A stretch of DNA of 64,000 bases, from contig JBBSQY010000003.1 of the NCBI GenBank assembly GCA_038243585.1, positions 1-64,000 on the forward strand. Direction: 5' to 3'. The notes beneath the pieces are model-generated. The model had not been told where the DNA came from. It worked only from the letters and a program-made list of their open reading frames with translations, and did not search any database. Shown piece after piece: positions 18,088-28,360 of this stretch; positions within the stretch are counted from its first letter, which is position 1; every line of letters starts with the position of its first letter. The DNA is from Candidatus Sumerlaeales bacterium. Lineage in GTDB: Bacteria > Sumerlaeota > Sumerlaeia > Sumerlaeales > Sumerlaeaceae. The position numbers and the translations under genes were made by a program.

Positions 18088-19254
18088 CTATGTAGACAGG
18101 CCCAAATCCCTGTATAAGGCAGAGTTTGCCTCATATACGCGCTTCTGGTGTTTCGGTTCTCCCGGCAGGCCGTTGAAGATAATTGCGACTGCCATTCCGT
18201 TTTCCGGATCTGCGTAGGCTGATGAGCTCTGCATTCCGCCGTGTCCGAAGGTTTTGTCTGATGCGTGTTGACCATATCCGTACGGATCCATGGTTGCTCC
18301 GTACCGGCTGGAATTTATCAGGAACCCCAGTCCCCAATCCACGACTTGCATAAACGAATGGTCCTTCATGCCGATTCGTTGCCTCGTCGTCATTTCCTCC
18401 ACTGTGGAATTCCGCAATAAATGGGCGCCTGTTGGGGTTTTTCCATCGTCTAACAGGCACTGATACAATGCTGCCAGATCACTTGCCGTCCCTATGGATC
18501 CCCCACCAGGATTATGCGCTGACGCACGCTGAGCATCGTCTCCAACCCATTGCGCTACGCTAGCTTCGTTAAAATGACCGTCCTCGACTCCTAAGTTGAT
18601 TCTCTCCCGCGCAGCCCTTGTGGTATCATATAGCACTGCCAGTTCCCCGGCTTGCCGCGCGGCAGTCCATTTGTCCGCATCCATGCCGATACTGGCGTGG
18701 TGGCAACCCAAGGGCTCCAACACTTCCGCTTTAACAAATTCGTGAAAAAGCTGCCCTGTCACCCGCTCTACTATCTCTGAGAGGAGATACCATCCGGACT
18801 GGGGATCATAAGCGGCATACTGCCCTGGTGTCTCGCCTTTGATGGGTATGGCATGGCAAATCTGTTCGATAACCTGGTCTCGCGACATCCGCGGCCAGTC
18901 CAGGCGTGGTGGGCGATATGCGTGGGTATGAGACAGTAGATGGCGAACCGTGATGTCATCTTTGCCATTTCCCGCAAATTCAGATATGTAATTGCAAACC
19001 TGCGCGTCAAATGACACTCGCCCCCGGTCTGACAGGATACCAACAGCCAAGGCAGTCAGTGGTTTTCCGGCGCTAAGCCAGAGTATCCGATGATCAGGCC
19101 GAAGAGTTGTATCAGCTGCCCAATCGGCAGCTCCGACTGCAAAGTCCGCAACAATTTTACCATTTTGCCGTACGTGGACAACAGCGCCGGGATGAAGCCC
19201 TGTTGCTATGCCCGCTTCAATAGTTTTAACTAATTCAGGGTAATTGGTTTTCAT
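18088..19254 (-). CDS. Serine hydrolase, beta-lactamase/class C esterase family
   Basis: SAGK (SxxK), ITVRHLLSHT, EPLG, FGHGG. Confidence 0.9.
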   Translation of the reverse strand: MKTNYPELVKTIEAGIATGLHPGAVVHVRQNGKIVADFAVGAADWAADTTLRPDHRILWLSAGKPLTALAVGILSDRGRVSFDAQVCNYISEFAGNGKDDITVRHLLSHTHAYRPPRLDWPRMSRDQVIEQICHAIPIKGETPGQYAAYDPQSGWYLLSEIVERVTGQLFHEFVKAEVLEPLGCHHASIGMDADKWTAARQAGELAVLYDTTRAARERINLGVEDGHFNEASVAQWVGDDAQRASAHNPGGGSIGTASDLAALYQCLLDDGKTPTGAHLLRNSTVEEMTTRQRIGMKDHSFMQVVDWGLGFLINSSRYGATMDPYGYGQHASDKTFGHGGMQSSSAYADPENGMAVAIIFNGLPGEPKHQKRVYEANSALYRDLGLST

Positions 19255-19268
19255 AGGTTCGTGTTAGT

Positions 19269-19832
19269 TTATCCGCCGGCACCATATTCTACAACTACAT
19301 CCAGCGTGGGACGTCCCCATTTCTCTGTCTCCCCGTGGCCGGTGAAGAAGATATCGATTCGCTGAGACCCTTTGATTGCGCCACCGCGGTCGCCTACGAC
19401 GCCCCATCCCCATCCCGGCACGTACATTCGCGTTCCGAAAGGATAATGGCTCGTGTCAGCCGCGATGGTGCCGAGCCGCTGGCCTGCGCGCCAGGGGAGC
19501 AGGACCTTGCCTGGAACTGTCCAGGGTTTGCGTACCGTTTCGCCTGAGATTAGTCCAGCCCGTGGCTCGGCGAGTTTGCCGCCGCTGGCTGTCTTGCCGG
19601 TGTAACGATCGCCTTTGCTTCCGCCCTCGCTCACGTAGCGATTCCACACGTCCAGCTTTAGAAACTTCCAGCTTCCGCGCTTGTAGCCGTTACATTCGCC
19701 ACAGTCGCAGTAGGCGGTCACCACCATTGGTACCGTATATTGCTGCGCCGCCTCTGCCGGCGACAGGCCGGCAGCTAGCATTATAATTAAAATATTCTTC
19801 CACACGCGCATCAACATGCCCAGCTCCCGCAA
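19269..19832 (-). CDS. Secreted 3D (Asp-Asp-Asp) domain protein
   Basis: VTAYC, TASG, TIAAD...YPFGT, GDRGGAIKG, RIDIF. Start may be a few codons downstream. Confidence 0.9.
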   Translation of the reverse strand: MRELGMLMRVWKNILIIMLAAGLSPAEAAQQYTVPMVVTAYCDCGECNGYKRGSWKFLKLDVWNRYVSEGGSKGDRYTGKTASGGKLAEPRAGLISGETVRKPWTVPGKVLLPWRAGQRLGTIAADTSHYPFGTRMYVPGWGWGVVGDRGGAIKGSQRIDIFFTGHGETEKWGRPTLDVVVEYGAGG

Positions 19833-19913
19833 AAAAAGAGTTCATTAACCGTGAGTAGATGAAGTTGTTACAGGCTTTTCCCGGATTGAAAAGAAAATAA
19901 TTTCTGCGTGTTT

Positions 19914-20314
19914 CGGACGGCTCGATAAGCCATTTTCCGTCGAAAAATGAGTTGTTTTTCAAGGGTTGAGTTTTTATGGCGGATTCCTTTATGGGTGGCG
20001 GCTGAGCGAGCAGTTTTCCGTTTTTAGGGGTTTTTGTGGCGCTCAGCCCTATGGGCGCTGGTCGAGCGACCACTTTGCACACGTTTTCCTGTTTTTTATT
20101 TTTTAGGATTTCGGCTTGTTGGCCGGCTGGGTTAGTTATCGTGGTTTATCTCCTTTTGGCAGGGTTGCATTTAAGAGAGACGTTACGCGACGAAACGGAG
20201 CAGGTAATTCCCGCATGGGGTCTTAATGGTGCATTCTAAAGTTTGGGTTCGGACGGCTCGGCGAGACGTTCCAGCAGATTAGGTTGTCAGACGCGGACGG
20301 CTCGGCGAGCCTTC
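19914..20314 (+). repeat. Three degenerate copies of a REP-like palindrome (CGGACGGCTCG...)
   Basis: 19914 CGGACGGCTCGATAAGCC; 20250 CGGACGGCTCGGCGAGACGTTCC; 20294 CGGACGGCTCGGCGAGCCTTC. Confidence 0.7.
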
Positions 20315-20439
20315 ACGATCGATTAAATAAATATCAGAAGCGGGATAGACGTTTAATGTACGTTACTGTTTGTCGAGTGTTTATCTTATCCAATTAGCTG
20401 GATATGACTACTGAACTTTTCCAACAGGAGCTAAAAATT

Positions 20440-21474
20440 ATGTCGAACACACCAGAATGGTACGTCGCCAACAACGGGCAGAGCATTGGCCCTCTCACTA
20501 TTGACGATCTTATCGAAAAGATACCGCAACATGGCGGGTCCCAGGCGCTTATCTACGGACCGGGCGTGACCGAGTGGAAGCCTGCCGGGAGCGTGACCGA
20601 GATAGCGCAGCGGCTTTCGCCTGGAGCTGTGCCCGCCATGCCACCTGCCCCCGGCACCATAGCCGTTACTCGTCCCGGAACTCGAATTTCCCATGAGATC
20701 GATTATGAGATTCATGGCGAGGAAATGCAGTATGCTGAGATTACTCTTGACCCAAATGAGACCGTAATAGGCGAACCGGGCGTGATGATGTACATGACCT
20801 CGGGGATACAGATGGAAACTGTTTTCGGCGATCCCAGCGAGCAGAACCAGGGCATGATGGGCAAGTTGTTCAGCGCTGGAAAGCGCGCCATGACTGGGGA
20901 ATCTCTTTTTGTTACTACTTTTACCGCCCGTGGCAACCAAAGGGAATCTGTTGCTTTTGCTGCTCCATTTCCGGGCAAGCTTCTGCCTATGCATCTGGAC
21001 CAGCTCGGCGGTGAGCTTATCTGCCAAAAGGACTCGTTCGTCTGCGCCGCCATGGGCACTAAGATCGGAATCGCTTTTCAAAAACGCATTGGCGTTGGCC
21101 TGTTTGGCGGCGAAGGTTTCATCATGCAGCGCCTTACTGGAGATGGTATCGCCCTGATTCATGCGGGGGGCAATATGATGCAGCGCGACCTGAAACCTGG
21201 CGAAGTGCTAAAGGTGGACACGGGGTGTCTGGTTGCCCTTCAGCCCTCAGTCAACTACGACATTCAGATGGTTGGCGGAATTAAAAATACGTTATTCGGC
21301 GGCGAAGGGTTGTTCTTTGCTACACTTACAGGTCCTGGGCGCGTCTGGCTTCAGTCTATGCCGTTCTCGCGGTTGGTGGGTCGCATTGCCGCAACGATGC
21401 CAAGCAAGTCCGGTGGCGGCACTGGCGAAGGCAGCGTGCTTGGATCACTCGGCGGTATGCTCGGCGGGGAGTGA
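20440..21474 (+). CDS. TIGR00266/AIM24 family protein with N-terminal GYF_2 (DUF4339) domain
   Basis: N-terminal WYV..NGQSIGP...GVTEWKP; AIM24 motifs TGESLF, FAAPFPG, GLFGGEGFIMQ, VDTGCLVA, VWLQSMP. Confidence 0.92.
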   Translation: MSNTPEWYVANNGQSIGPLTIDDLIEKIPQHGGSQALIYGPGVTEWKPAGSVTEIAQRLSPGAVPAMPPAPGTIAVTRPGTRISHEIDYEIHGEEMQYAEITLDPNETVIGEPGVMMYMTSGIQMETVFGDPSEQNQGMMGKLFSAGKRAMTGESLFVTTFTARGNQRESVAFAAPFPGKLLPMHLDQLGGELICQKDSFVCAAMGTKIGIAFQKRIGVGLFGGEGFIMQRLTGDGIALIHAGGNMMQRDLKPGEVLKVDTGCLVALQPSVNYDIQMVGGIKNTLFGGEGLFFATLTGPGRVWLQSMPFSRLVGRIAATMPSKSGGGTGEGSVLGSLGGMLGGE

Positions 21475-21481
21475 GGGAAAT

Positions 21482-21512
21482 TGGCCGGGCTTTGATGCCC
21501 GGCCAGTGTTTC
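21482..21512 (+). terminator. Hairpin terminator after the TIGR00266 gene
   Basis: TGGCCGGGC-TTTGAT-GCCCGGCCA followed by GTGTTT. Confidence 0.65.
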
Positions 21513-21609
21513 GAAATGAGCGGGTTTTAAAGTCGGGTGGTAGCTGGAATCGCTGCGCTGTGGTTCTGGCGCCTCTCTGGAACGGCGATAGTTTTTTTGT
21601 TCCTTCTGG

Positions 21610-21670
21610 GGGCTGCGTAGCTTCACTTCTGGACCCCGGCTACCATTCTAATGTCCCATCCGGACAGGCG
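21610..21670 (+). repeat. 61-bp dispersed repeat, copy 1
   Basis: 50/61 ungapped identity (counted by eye) to 36864-36924. Confidence 0.8.
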
Positions 21671-21867
21671 CAAGCTTATGGCTGATGGGTTTCCGGACCA
21701 TTAACGGTTAGGGATAAACAGGAATGTCTGTCTTACTTTTTTGTGTTGTTGGGTTATACTCTGGCCGTGTGTTGGACTTTATGGTGGGTTGGGGAGCTTT
21801 TGTGAGTTACACGATTCACTTTAACCTGTGTCCACTGAGACGGGCAGGAATACCCATCCTACGTTTG

Positions 21868-22461
21868 TTACTCTTCTGGCTGAACAATTGGAACCTGTGG
21901 TCCCATTGCCTGACGAAATTTCCGTTTTGATCTGATCATCAGTGTCCCAAAAATCAGGTCGGCAAAGGGAAGAACCACGTTGAAATTTTTGTGCATATAC
22001 CGATGGTGCAGCAGATGGTGAGCGTTCAGCCGCCGGAAAACCCATAACCTTTCCACAAGGCGCATTGGGTGATTTTTCGGTAGGTGCATGCACCAGTGGA
22101 TGTACTCGTACACACCGTAATAAACGACAAGCACCGCCAGGAATGTGCCCGATATGAGCCAGTTGTCGAATATTACGCTCAGGATTATCGTGGGAAGGGT
22201 CGCCACGATACAGAGCGCGGGACCATTCCACCATTCCATGGGAATGGTTCCCTTGTCTACATCGTGATTATGGTGAGAGTCCAAATGGTAGGACTCGTCT
22301 GCTTTAAAAACTTGGTGGTGAACTTTCGCGTGAGCCTTAAAAGGGTAATCAAAGGTCCCAATTCCAAATCTTACGGGCTTGTGCATAACGTAGCGATGAA
22401 TTGCCCATTCATAAACCGATGCCACTAAGAGGCTGGCGATAATAATTACCAAATAGATCAA
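21868..22461 (-). CDS. Sterol desaturase/fatty acid hydroxylase family protein
   Basis: His boxes HRYVMH, HAKVHH, YEYIHWCMH, HHLLHH, plus NFNV; TM helices. Confidence 0.88.
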   Translation of the reverse strand: MIYLVIIIASLLVASVYEWAIHRYVMHKPVRFGIGTFDYPFKAHAKVHHQVFKADESYHLDSHHNHDVDKGTIPMEWWNGPALCIVATLPTIILSVIFDNWLISGTFLAVLVVYYGVYEYIHWCMHLPKNHPMRLVERLWVFRRLNAHHLLHHRYMHKNFNVVLPFADLIFGTLMIRSKRKFRQAMGPQVPIVQPEE

Positions 22462-22711
22462 TTTATTAGTTTTCCTATGAAAAGTTTTGATGCAAATTTA
22501 ACAGACTCGCAAGAATCGTGGGCGTTTTTAAATGGTTTTGCGTTTCATTATATGGCAATTAATCGATGATGCGCGGATAGACGGCCACATGACCGGAATC
22601 TTTACCCTTTAATTCGAATTAGTTTCAAATTGAGTACTGTTCATTCGCAGACTTTTGTTTTCTTAAAAAAATTTTTGATTAGCCTGCGCCAGTAAATGTG
22701 GGTTCAACCCT

Positions 22712-23854
22712 ATGATTACATTTATGCATATAGCGCTAAGCATAGCGTCTTTATTTTTAATTCTCGGCACACTGATGAACCTCTCCAAAAATCCTCATTG
22801 GTTTGTTCGGAGCTGGGATTTTCCCCGAGTTTTTATCGCAATTATCAGTGGCATATTAGCGGGCGTTTACTCCTGGTTTTTTCACGATTCCGTCTGGGAC
22901 TTACTTATTCTGTTGGGGCTGGCCGGGGTTGTCGTTCGGCAGGTATACATGATATTTCCCTATACGCGCTTCGCCCGCAGGACGGTATTGGAGACTGAGC
23001 GTCCTCCGGGAGACGAGCGGCTAAGGCTTCTTATGTCGAACGTGTTGATGGATAACCACAATTATGATAAGTGGCTGAAAGTTGCGCGAGCAGCGAAAGC
23101 TGATATTATTGTGGCCGTCGAAGTTGATCAAGGCTGGATAGATGCAATTGCATCACTGCAGGATGATTACCCCCATGCAGTTCACTACCCGCTGGATAAC
23201 TTTTATGGTATTGTGCTGTACTCCAGACTGGAATTTGATGGCGAACCGGAACTGAAATTCCTTGTGCAGGATGACATCCCGTCCATACATGCGACCATAA
23301 TTTTGAAAAACGGCCAACGCATCCGGCTCCACGCGCTGCACCCGCGTCCGCCGGAGCCTATTTATAACCAGGATTCTACGCCGCGGGACGCCGAACTGGT
23401 CATTATGGGCCAGGAGATTGAAAAACTCGAGCGCAACGTTCCCACTATAGTATGCGGCGACCTTAATGACGTGGCCTGGTCCTATACAACGCAGCTGTTT
23501 CTTCGGCTGAGCAAGCTGCTTGATCCGCGAATGGGACGCGGAATGTATAATAGTTTTAACGCCAACAGCCGTATTTTTCGATACCCGCTAGACCACGTGT
23601 TCCATTCCAACGAGTTTAAGCTGGTTGATCTGCACGTGCTGGAACATGTAGGGTCCGACCATTTTCCGGTGCTGATTGAACTTAGCTGTGAGCCAGAAGC
23701 CGCGCTGGAGCAGGAGGAGACCCAGGGTCAGGATGGCGATCATGAGGCAGCTGAGGAATTTCTGGAGGAAGAGGCAGAGCGGGAAATGGATGGCAGGGAA
23801 GACGGTCATGTAGCCCAAAACAGTGAATATGGACAGGGGAATGGGGCCGCATAA
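22712..23854 (+). CDS. Membrane-anchored endonuclease/exonuclease/phosphatase family protein (YafD-like)
   Basis: N-terminal TMs; SNVL, AVE, HPRPP, GDLND, PLDHVF, GSDHFP; acidic tail. Confidence 0.9.
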   Translation: MITFMHIALSIASLFLILGTLMNLSKNPHWFVRSWDFPRVFIAIISGILAGVYSWFFHDSVWDLLILLGLAGVVVRQVYMIFPYTRFARRTVLETERPPGDERLRLLMSNVLMDNHNYDKWLKVARAAKADIIVAVEVDQGWIDAIASLQDDYPHAVHYPLDNFYGIVLYSRLEFDGEPELKFLVQDDIPSIHATIILKNGQRIRLHALHPRPPEPIYNQDSTPRDAELVIMGQEIEKLERNVPTIVCGDLNDVAWSYTTQLFLRLSKLLDPRMGRGMYNSFNANSRIFRYPLDHVFHSNEFKLVDLHVLEHVGSDHFPVLIELSCEPEAALEQEETQGQDGDHEAAEEFLEEEAEREMDGREDGHVAQNSEYGQGNGAA

Positions 23855-23873
23855 CCGCGGCCTGACGTTGCGG

Positions 23874-24611
23874 ATGTCAACAGCAGTTACGTTTACCCAG
23901 CGCGCGGTGGCCTATGGGGTTCACCTGTTCACCGCGGTTGGAGTGGTGTTCGCTTTTCTTGCGGCGGCGGAGGTTTGCTCCGCTACACCGGATCCGCGCC
24001 TTGTTTTTTTCTATCTGGCTGTTCAGGTCATTATAGATGCGGTTGACGGCCCGTTGGCACGCGCGTTCCATGTCAAGGATCGGGCTCCACGAATCGACGG
24101 GCGAAAGATCGACGACATTGTTGATTATCTTACCTACACTTTCGTTCCATTGCTGCTGGCCTGGCGCATGGACTGGCTCCCGGGACTTGCCGCTGCCTGG
24201 GTGGCCCCGGCCATGGTCGCCAGTCTGTTTGGCTTTTGCAACACCGGCGCGAAAGATGAGGATGAGGGTTTTTTTCTCGGGTTCCCATCTTACTGGAACA
24301 TTGTTGTATTTTATATCGGGCTCTGGCTGCCCCTTGTGGGCCCTTGGCCGGGCGCAATTTTAATTGGGGTGCTCACTGTTTTAACAATTTTACCGGTGCG
24401 TTTTATTTACCCGAACCTGGCTCCGCAGCCTTGGAAGCTGCCGACTCTTATAGGCGCAGTAATCTGGACGGGGCTTTTCGCCTGGATGACCTGGAATTAT
24501 TACCAGACGCCGCCGTGGGTGATGTGGGTTTCGTTGGTATATCCCATTGCCTATGTAGGCTTGTCTCTGTACCTGGATTTTCGTTTGCGCCGGAAGGGGA
24601 GCGGGTTGTAA
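23874..24611 (+). CDS. CDP-alcohol phosphatidyltransferase, phosphatidylcholine synthase-like
   Basis: VHLFTAVG, DAVDGPLAR, IDGRKIDDIVDYLTY, FFLGFPSYWNIV match the Pcs family. Confidence 0.85.
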   Translation: MSTAVTFTQRAVAYGVHLFTAVGVVFAFLAAAEVCSATPDPRLVFFYLAVQVIIDAVDGPLARAFHVKDRAPRIDGRKIDDIVDYLTYTFVPLLLAWRMDWLPGLAAAWVAPAMVASLFGFCNTGAKDEDEGFFLGFPSYWNIVVFYIGLWLPLVGPWPGAILIGVLTVLTILPVRFIYPNLAPQPWKLPTLIGAVIWTGLFAWMTWNYYQTPPWVMWVSLVYPIAYVGLSLYLDFRLRRKGSGL

Positions 24612-24740
24612 GGGGACATGCGTGGGTTAGTTCGGGGGTGGATCTGAGTATGAGGCGTTTCTTTTTTATTAGGGCTGGTGTGTGTCTGGTATCGTTTTTT
24701 TGTTTTTTCAATACCGTGGATAGTATGGGTGTGATGAATT

Positions 24741-24766
24741 ACACAGGCGGGACGCCTATGCTACTT
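24741..24766 (+). repeat. REP-like 26-mer, copy 1 (ACACAGGCGGGACGCCTATGCTACTT)
   Basis: Copies with one mismatch at 34505 and 37026; internal AGGCG/CGCCT dyad. Confidence 0.85.
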
Positions 24767-24798
24767 CACGCTGCGCAGGTGGTTCTTTTCTGATTTTT

Positions 24799-25533
24799 TT
24801 ACCGTATAGTTGCGCCGCCATCAACGGTGATTACTGTGCCTGTAATGAATCCTCCGTGGGCTGCGAGGTGGCCTACCATTTTAGCCACATCATCCGGCGA
24901 ACCGGGCACTTGAAGGGGCGATCGGCGGATCGCCTGCTCTCTAAAGGCTTCGTCCGCATTTTCAGGAACCAGCACGGTGCCGGGTGCGATGGCGTTTACT
25001 CTTACTTCTGGCGCAAGCTCCAGCGCCAGGGCTTCAGTCATGGTAACTACTCCGGCCTTTGAAACCAGGTAGGGAAGGAAATTACGATAGACTCTCCGCA
25101 CGTTGCAGTCGGCGATATTAACAATCGTGCCGGCACCCCGCGCTTTCATGCGAAGACCGAATGCCTGACAAAGCAGCGCGGGCGCGCGAAGATTGATGTT
25201 CATGATTTTATCCCAGGTCTGGACGTCGACATCCTTCAGAGGAGTGGGAAAGTAAACCGCGGCGGAATTGACCAGGATATCGACATGAAGATTATGCCTG
25301 TCGAGTTCTGCCGCCATTGCCTCGATATCCGCCGGCTTTTCTAAATCCCCATATACAGTATCTACTTTTCTGCCCATACACATGATTTCTGCCGCAAGCT
25401 CGTCAGACTCTCGCGTGCTGGTGTGGTAGTGGATGATAATATCAGCTCCCATCTCTGCCAACCGGAGAGTAATGGCGCGTCCTACTCGCCGGGCTGCCCC
25501 CGTTACAAGAGCTCGTTTTCCGAGTAATTCCAT
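24799..25533 (-). CDS. Short-chain dehydrogenase, pteridine reductase/FolM-like
   Basis: TGAARRVG, IIHY, NSA, NIAD, YLVSK, VNAIAPG; AAGGAG RBS. Confidence 0.88.
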   Translation of the reverse strand: MELLGKRALVTGAARRVGRAITLRLAEMGADIIIHYHTSTRESDELAAEIMCMGRKVDTVYGDLEKPADIEAMAAELDRHNLHVDILVNSAAVYFPTPLKDVDVQTWDKIMNINLRAPALLCQAFGLRMKARGAGTIVNIADCNVRRVYRNFLPYLVSKAGVVTMTEALALELAPEVRVNAIAPGTVLVPENADEAFREQAIRRSPLQVPGSPDDVAKMVGHLAAHGGFITGTVITVDGGATIR

Positions 25534-25710
25534 CTTGTTCTCCTTAAGGTTAAGCCTTCCAGACAAGCCCATTAGCACACCAACTAGAAGCTGTTTCAAC
25601 AAATGAAGCAAAAAACTTCGCAGAAATGCCGTTTAACCTTTGATTTCAACATACGTGGGACTTCTTATCCCACTGATTTTCAAGACAATTAAAGGGAACT
25701 TCCGCATCTC

Positions 25711-27213
25711 ATGAAAACGTGGATAGCAATCGTTGCGGTATTGGCACAAGTGTTTTGCCTGACCGGAGCCGGCTGGGCTCGGCCCTTTACTAGAATTGTT
25801 TCGCCGGTGCAGGATCAATGCGTGCCTGGTCCGGACGTTACTGTAAAATTTGAGGCCGGCGGCATGACCCTTGGCGCTTCCGCATGGAATTTGCACTTCA
25901 TGCTCGACAATGAACCTTTCCAAATACAATATGACGGCAACCACGCTCATGTGTTTAAGAACGTGCGCCCGGGCTCTCATACGGTGCGGGTTTATGCAGC
26001 CAATGCCATGCAGGAAGCCATTCCGGGCACTCAGTCTACGGTCAGCTTCAGCGTGGCTTATGCGGATAAAGCCAATTATGTAATGCCAGGCAGCCCAACC
26101 CTTACTTATAACCTGCCGCAAGGGGAGTACTTCGGGATTGACGCTGCTGACATAACTGTGGATTTTCTATTAGAAAATGCTGTCGTAGCACCTGGGGGAT
26201 ACCAGGTGGCTTATTACGTGGATGGTCGGCGTTTTCTAATTCAGGATCAATGTGGTCCTCGCCATGTGAAAAACCTGAACCCTGGCCTGCACCGCGTCAG
26301 GATTGAATTGCAGAATCAGTTTGGTGACTTGGTTCCGGGTGCGTTTAATTCGACAGAACGTTCTATTTTGATCTCTCCGAGCAGAGTTACGAAAAGCCCG
26401 TCAACTGTTGATGATGGCTACCATGGACTGCCAAGACTGGACTCCATCAAAGGCAGCATGACAATGGGACAACACTGGTCTGCGACTGCGCCGGTAGAGC
26501 CGCTTTCGCAGGCGGATATCGAGAAGCAGGCATCGCTGACCGTGCGTAACGCAAAAGGCGAAAGAGTTGGCGTTCGTGAGGGACGAGTTCTTAATCCCCT
26601 CGACGCGGCAACTGATGCGGACCCGATCGAGACGCCAGCGAAACAATTTACCGTGCGCGCCGGCGGCGAACCTGATTCAGAGACAATGGACCTGGATGAA
26701 GGGAATGCCAGCAACGTTCTCCTTGGAACTGTATTTGTAGATAATAGCGACGATGACGACGAAGATGTGGAGTCTGAGACAACAGCCACGGTTGTGAACA
26801 ATGCCGACGCAGAAACACCTGTGGCAAAGAGCGCTGTAAAGGCTACGACTCGTCGCCGGGCGGACGGTACCTCGACAACCGTGATCCAGACGACGGCAAC
26901 ACAACGCCTGGCGGATCGACCAGGAATGCGTACCGTGGAAACTCAAACAAGCCGTACCGTTTATCCTTCGGGAAACCTCACGACCGCGACTAAACAAGCG
27001 ACTAAACAAACCACCGAGACGCTGACTAAGCCAGAGAGTAAACAGACAACCGAGACTGGGAAACAGGATGCGTCAGATAAAACAACCACTCAAGCTCTGA
27101 CGCGACGAACGGGCAACAAACAGACCTCTGAAACTGGAACCTCGGGCGCAGGACGCGAAAGAAAAGCCGGAAGCCGCAGAGAGACTAGCCCGCTGTTGCC
27201 TGCTATAAATTAA
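25711..27213 (+). CDS. Secreted hypothetical protein: two tandem Ig-like repeats plus disordered Thr/Lys-rich tail
   Basis: Signal peptide; repeated F/VKN-x-x-PGxH-x-VR beta units; acidic stretch then KQTTET-like repeats. Confidence 0.8.
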   Translation: MKTWIAIVAVLAQVFCLTGAGWARPFTRIVSPVQDQCVPGPDVTVKFEAGGMTLGASAWNLHFMLDNEPFQIQYDGNHAHVFKNVRPGSHTVRVYAANAMQEAIPGTQSTVSFSVAYADKANYVMPGSPTLTYNLPQGEYFGIDAADITVDFLLENAVVAPGGYQVAYYVDGRRFLIQDQCGPRHVKNLNPGLHRVRIELQNQFGDLVPGAFNSTERSILISPSRVTKSPSTVDDGYHGLPRLDSIKGSMTMGQHWSATAPVEPLSQADIEKQASLTVRNAKGERVGVREGRVLNPLDAATDADPIETPAKQFTVRAGGEPDSETMDLDEGNASNVLLGTVFVDNSDDDDEDVESETTATVVNNADAETPVAKSAVKATTRRRADGTSTTVIQTTATQRLADRPGMRTVETQTSRTVYPSGNLTTATKQATKQTTETLTKPESKQTTETGKQDASDKTTTQALTRRTGNKQTSETGTSGAGRERKAGSRRETSPLLPAIN

Positions 27214-27227
27214 GCTGGCGGTATCTG

Positions 27228-28187
27228 TTGGGAATTATTCCAAAAGTCGATCACCCATCGCCGGCTTTCATTCATGTTGATATTGATGATCTGTGGGCCA
27301 TTGCCGAATGCTATGGATTTGAAGTTGCCAGGGACTGGATCCATCACGTAAGCAGTAATTCTCTGCCGCGTTTTAAAAAGCTTTTCCACGAGCAGGGTCT
27401 GTCTGCTACGTTTTTTCTGGTGGGGCGGGATCTGGAGTCGCCTGCGTATGTGGAGCTTATACAGGAACTTTTGCAGGCAGGGCATCGGGTTGCAAATCAT
27501 AGCCTTACGCACAGCCTTAGGTTCAGGGCGTTAACTGCGGCTGAAATGGCTGCCGAAATAGACGGTTGCCACCAGATGGCGCAGCGAACGCTTGGGCTTG
27601 AGATGGAAGGATTTCGCGCTCCGGGTTATGCCTGGTCTGTTTCATTGATGAAACTGCTGGATGAGCGCGGGTACAAATATGATGGGTCGTTGATGCCTGG
27701 GCCGTATGGGGGAGTTTTTCGCTGGATGGATTCCCGGCTGCGCAGGAGTCTGCCTGGTGATTCAAAGGGAGCCGATTTGCGGTCTTCATCCGGAGCAGGA
27801 GAATCGGCTAAAACCCAGTATCCGCTGTTTTCGGACACGTGGAATTCCCTTTATCCGACACCACTTCATAGCGCCCGGCTGGTGGAGGTGCCTTCTGCTA
27901 CAGCGCCACTCATGCGTCTGCCGTTTCAGGCTGGGGTTTGCATGAGGCTGGGATGGCCTTATTTCCGCGCCTGCTTCGAACCGTACCGATGGAATCGCGC
28001 CTTGCCCGTGGTGTTTCTGTTTCACGCTGCTGATTTGACGGATTTCTCCAGCGTCCCTTACGACTTTTTTCGACGATCTTCGTTTTTTAATACGCCGGTC
28101 GATGAGCGGGTGAATCTGGCTCGCCGGTTTCTCGAGACCATTCAGGCGCATCGCCCGATAGTTACGACGGAAGAGTGGTTGGATTAA
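27228..28187 (+). CDS. Polysaccharide deacetylase family protein
   Basis: HVDIDD, ATFFLVG, HRVANHSLTH, GFRAPGY, YDGS. Confidence 0.88.
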   Translation: MGIIPKVDHPSPAFIHVDIDDLWAIAECYGFEVARDWIHHVSSNSLPRFKKLFHEQGLSATFFLVGRDLESPAYVELIQELLQAGHRVANHSLTHSLRFRALTAAEMAAEIDGCHQMAQRTLGLEMEGFRAPGYAWSVSLMKLLDERGYKYDGSLMPGPYGGVFRWMDSRLRRSLPGDSKGADLRSSSGAGESAKTQYPLFSDTWNSLYPTPLHSARLVEVPSATAPLMRLPFQAGVCMRLGWPYFRACFEPYRWNRALPVVFLFHAADLTDFSSVPYDFFRRSSFFNTPVDERVNLARRFLETIQAHRPIVTTEEWLD

Positions 28188-28360
28188 CGGCCCGCCGCCA
28201 CACCGAAGGGTTAGCTTTACATCCCAGTTTGTTGATTTACTAGATACATTTTTCTGAGTTGAGCCCGCAAAAAACCAAACCTGACCGGATTTCCGAATAG
28301 GCCTTTGCTCCTTCTGTAAACGAAACCGGCGCAGATTTTTGTGCGCCATTTTTTATGTAT

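Noticed and set aside
19914..20314. CRISPR array
   Set aside because: Only three degenerate copies with irregular spacing, and no cas genes.
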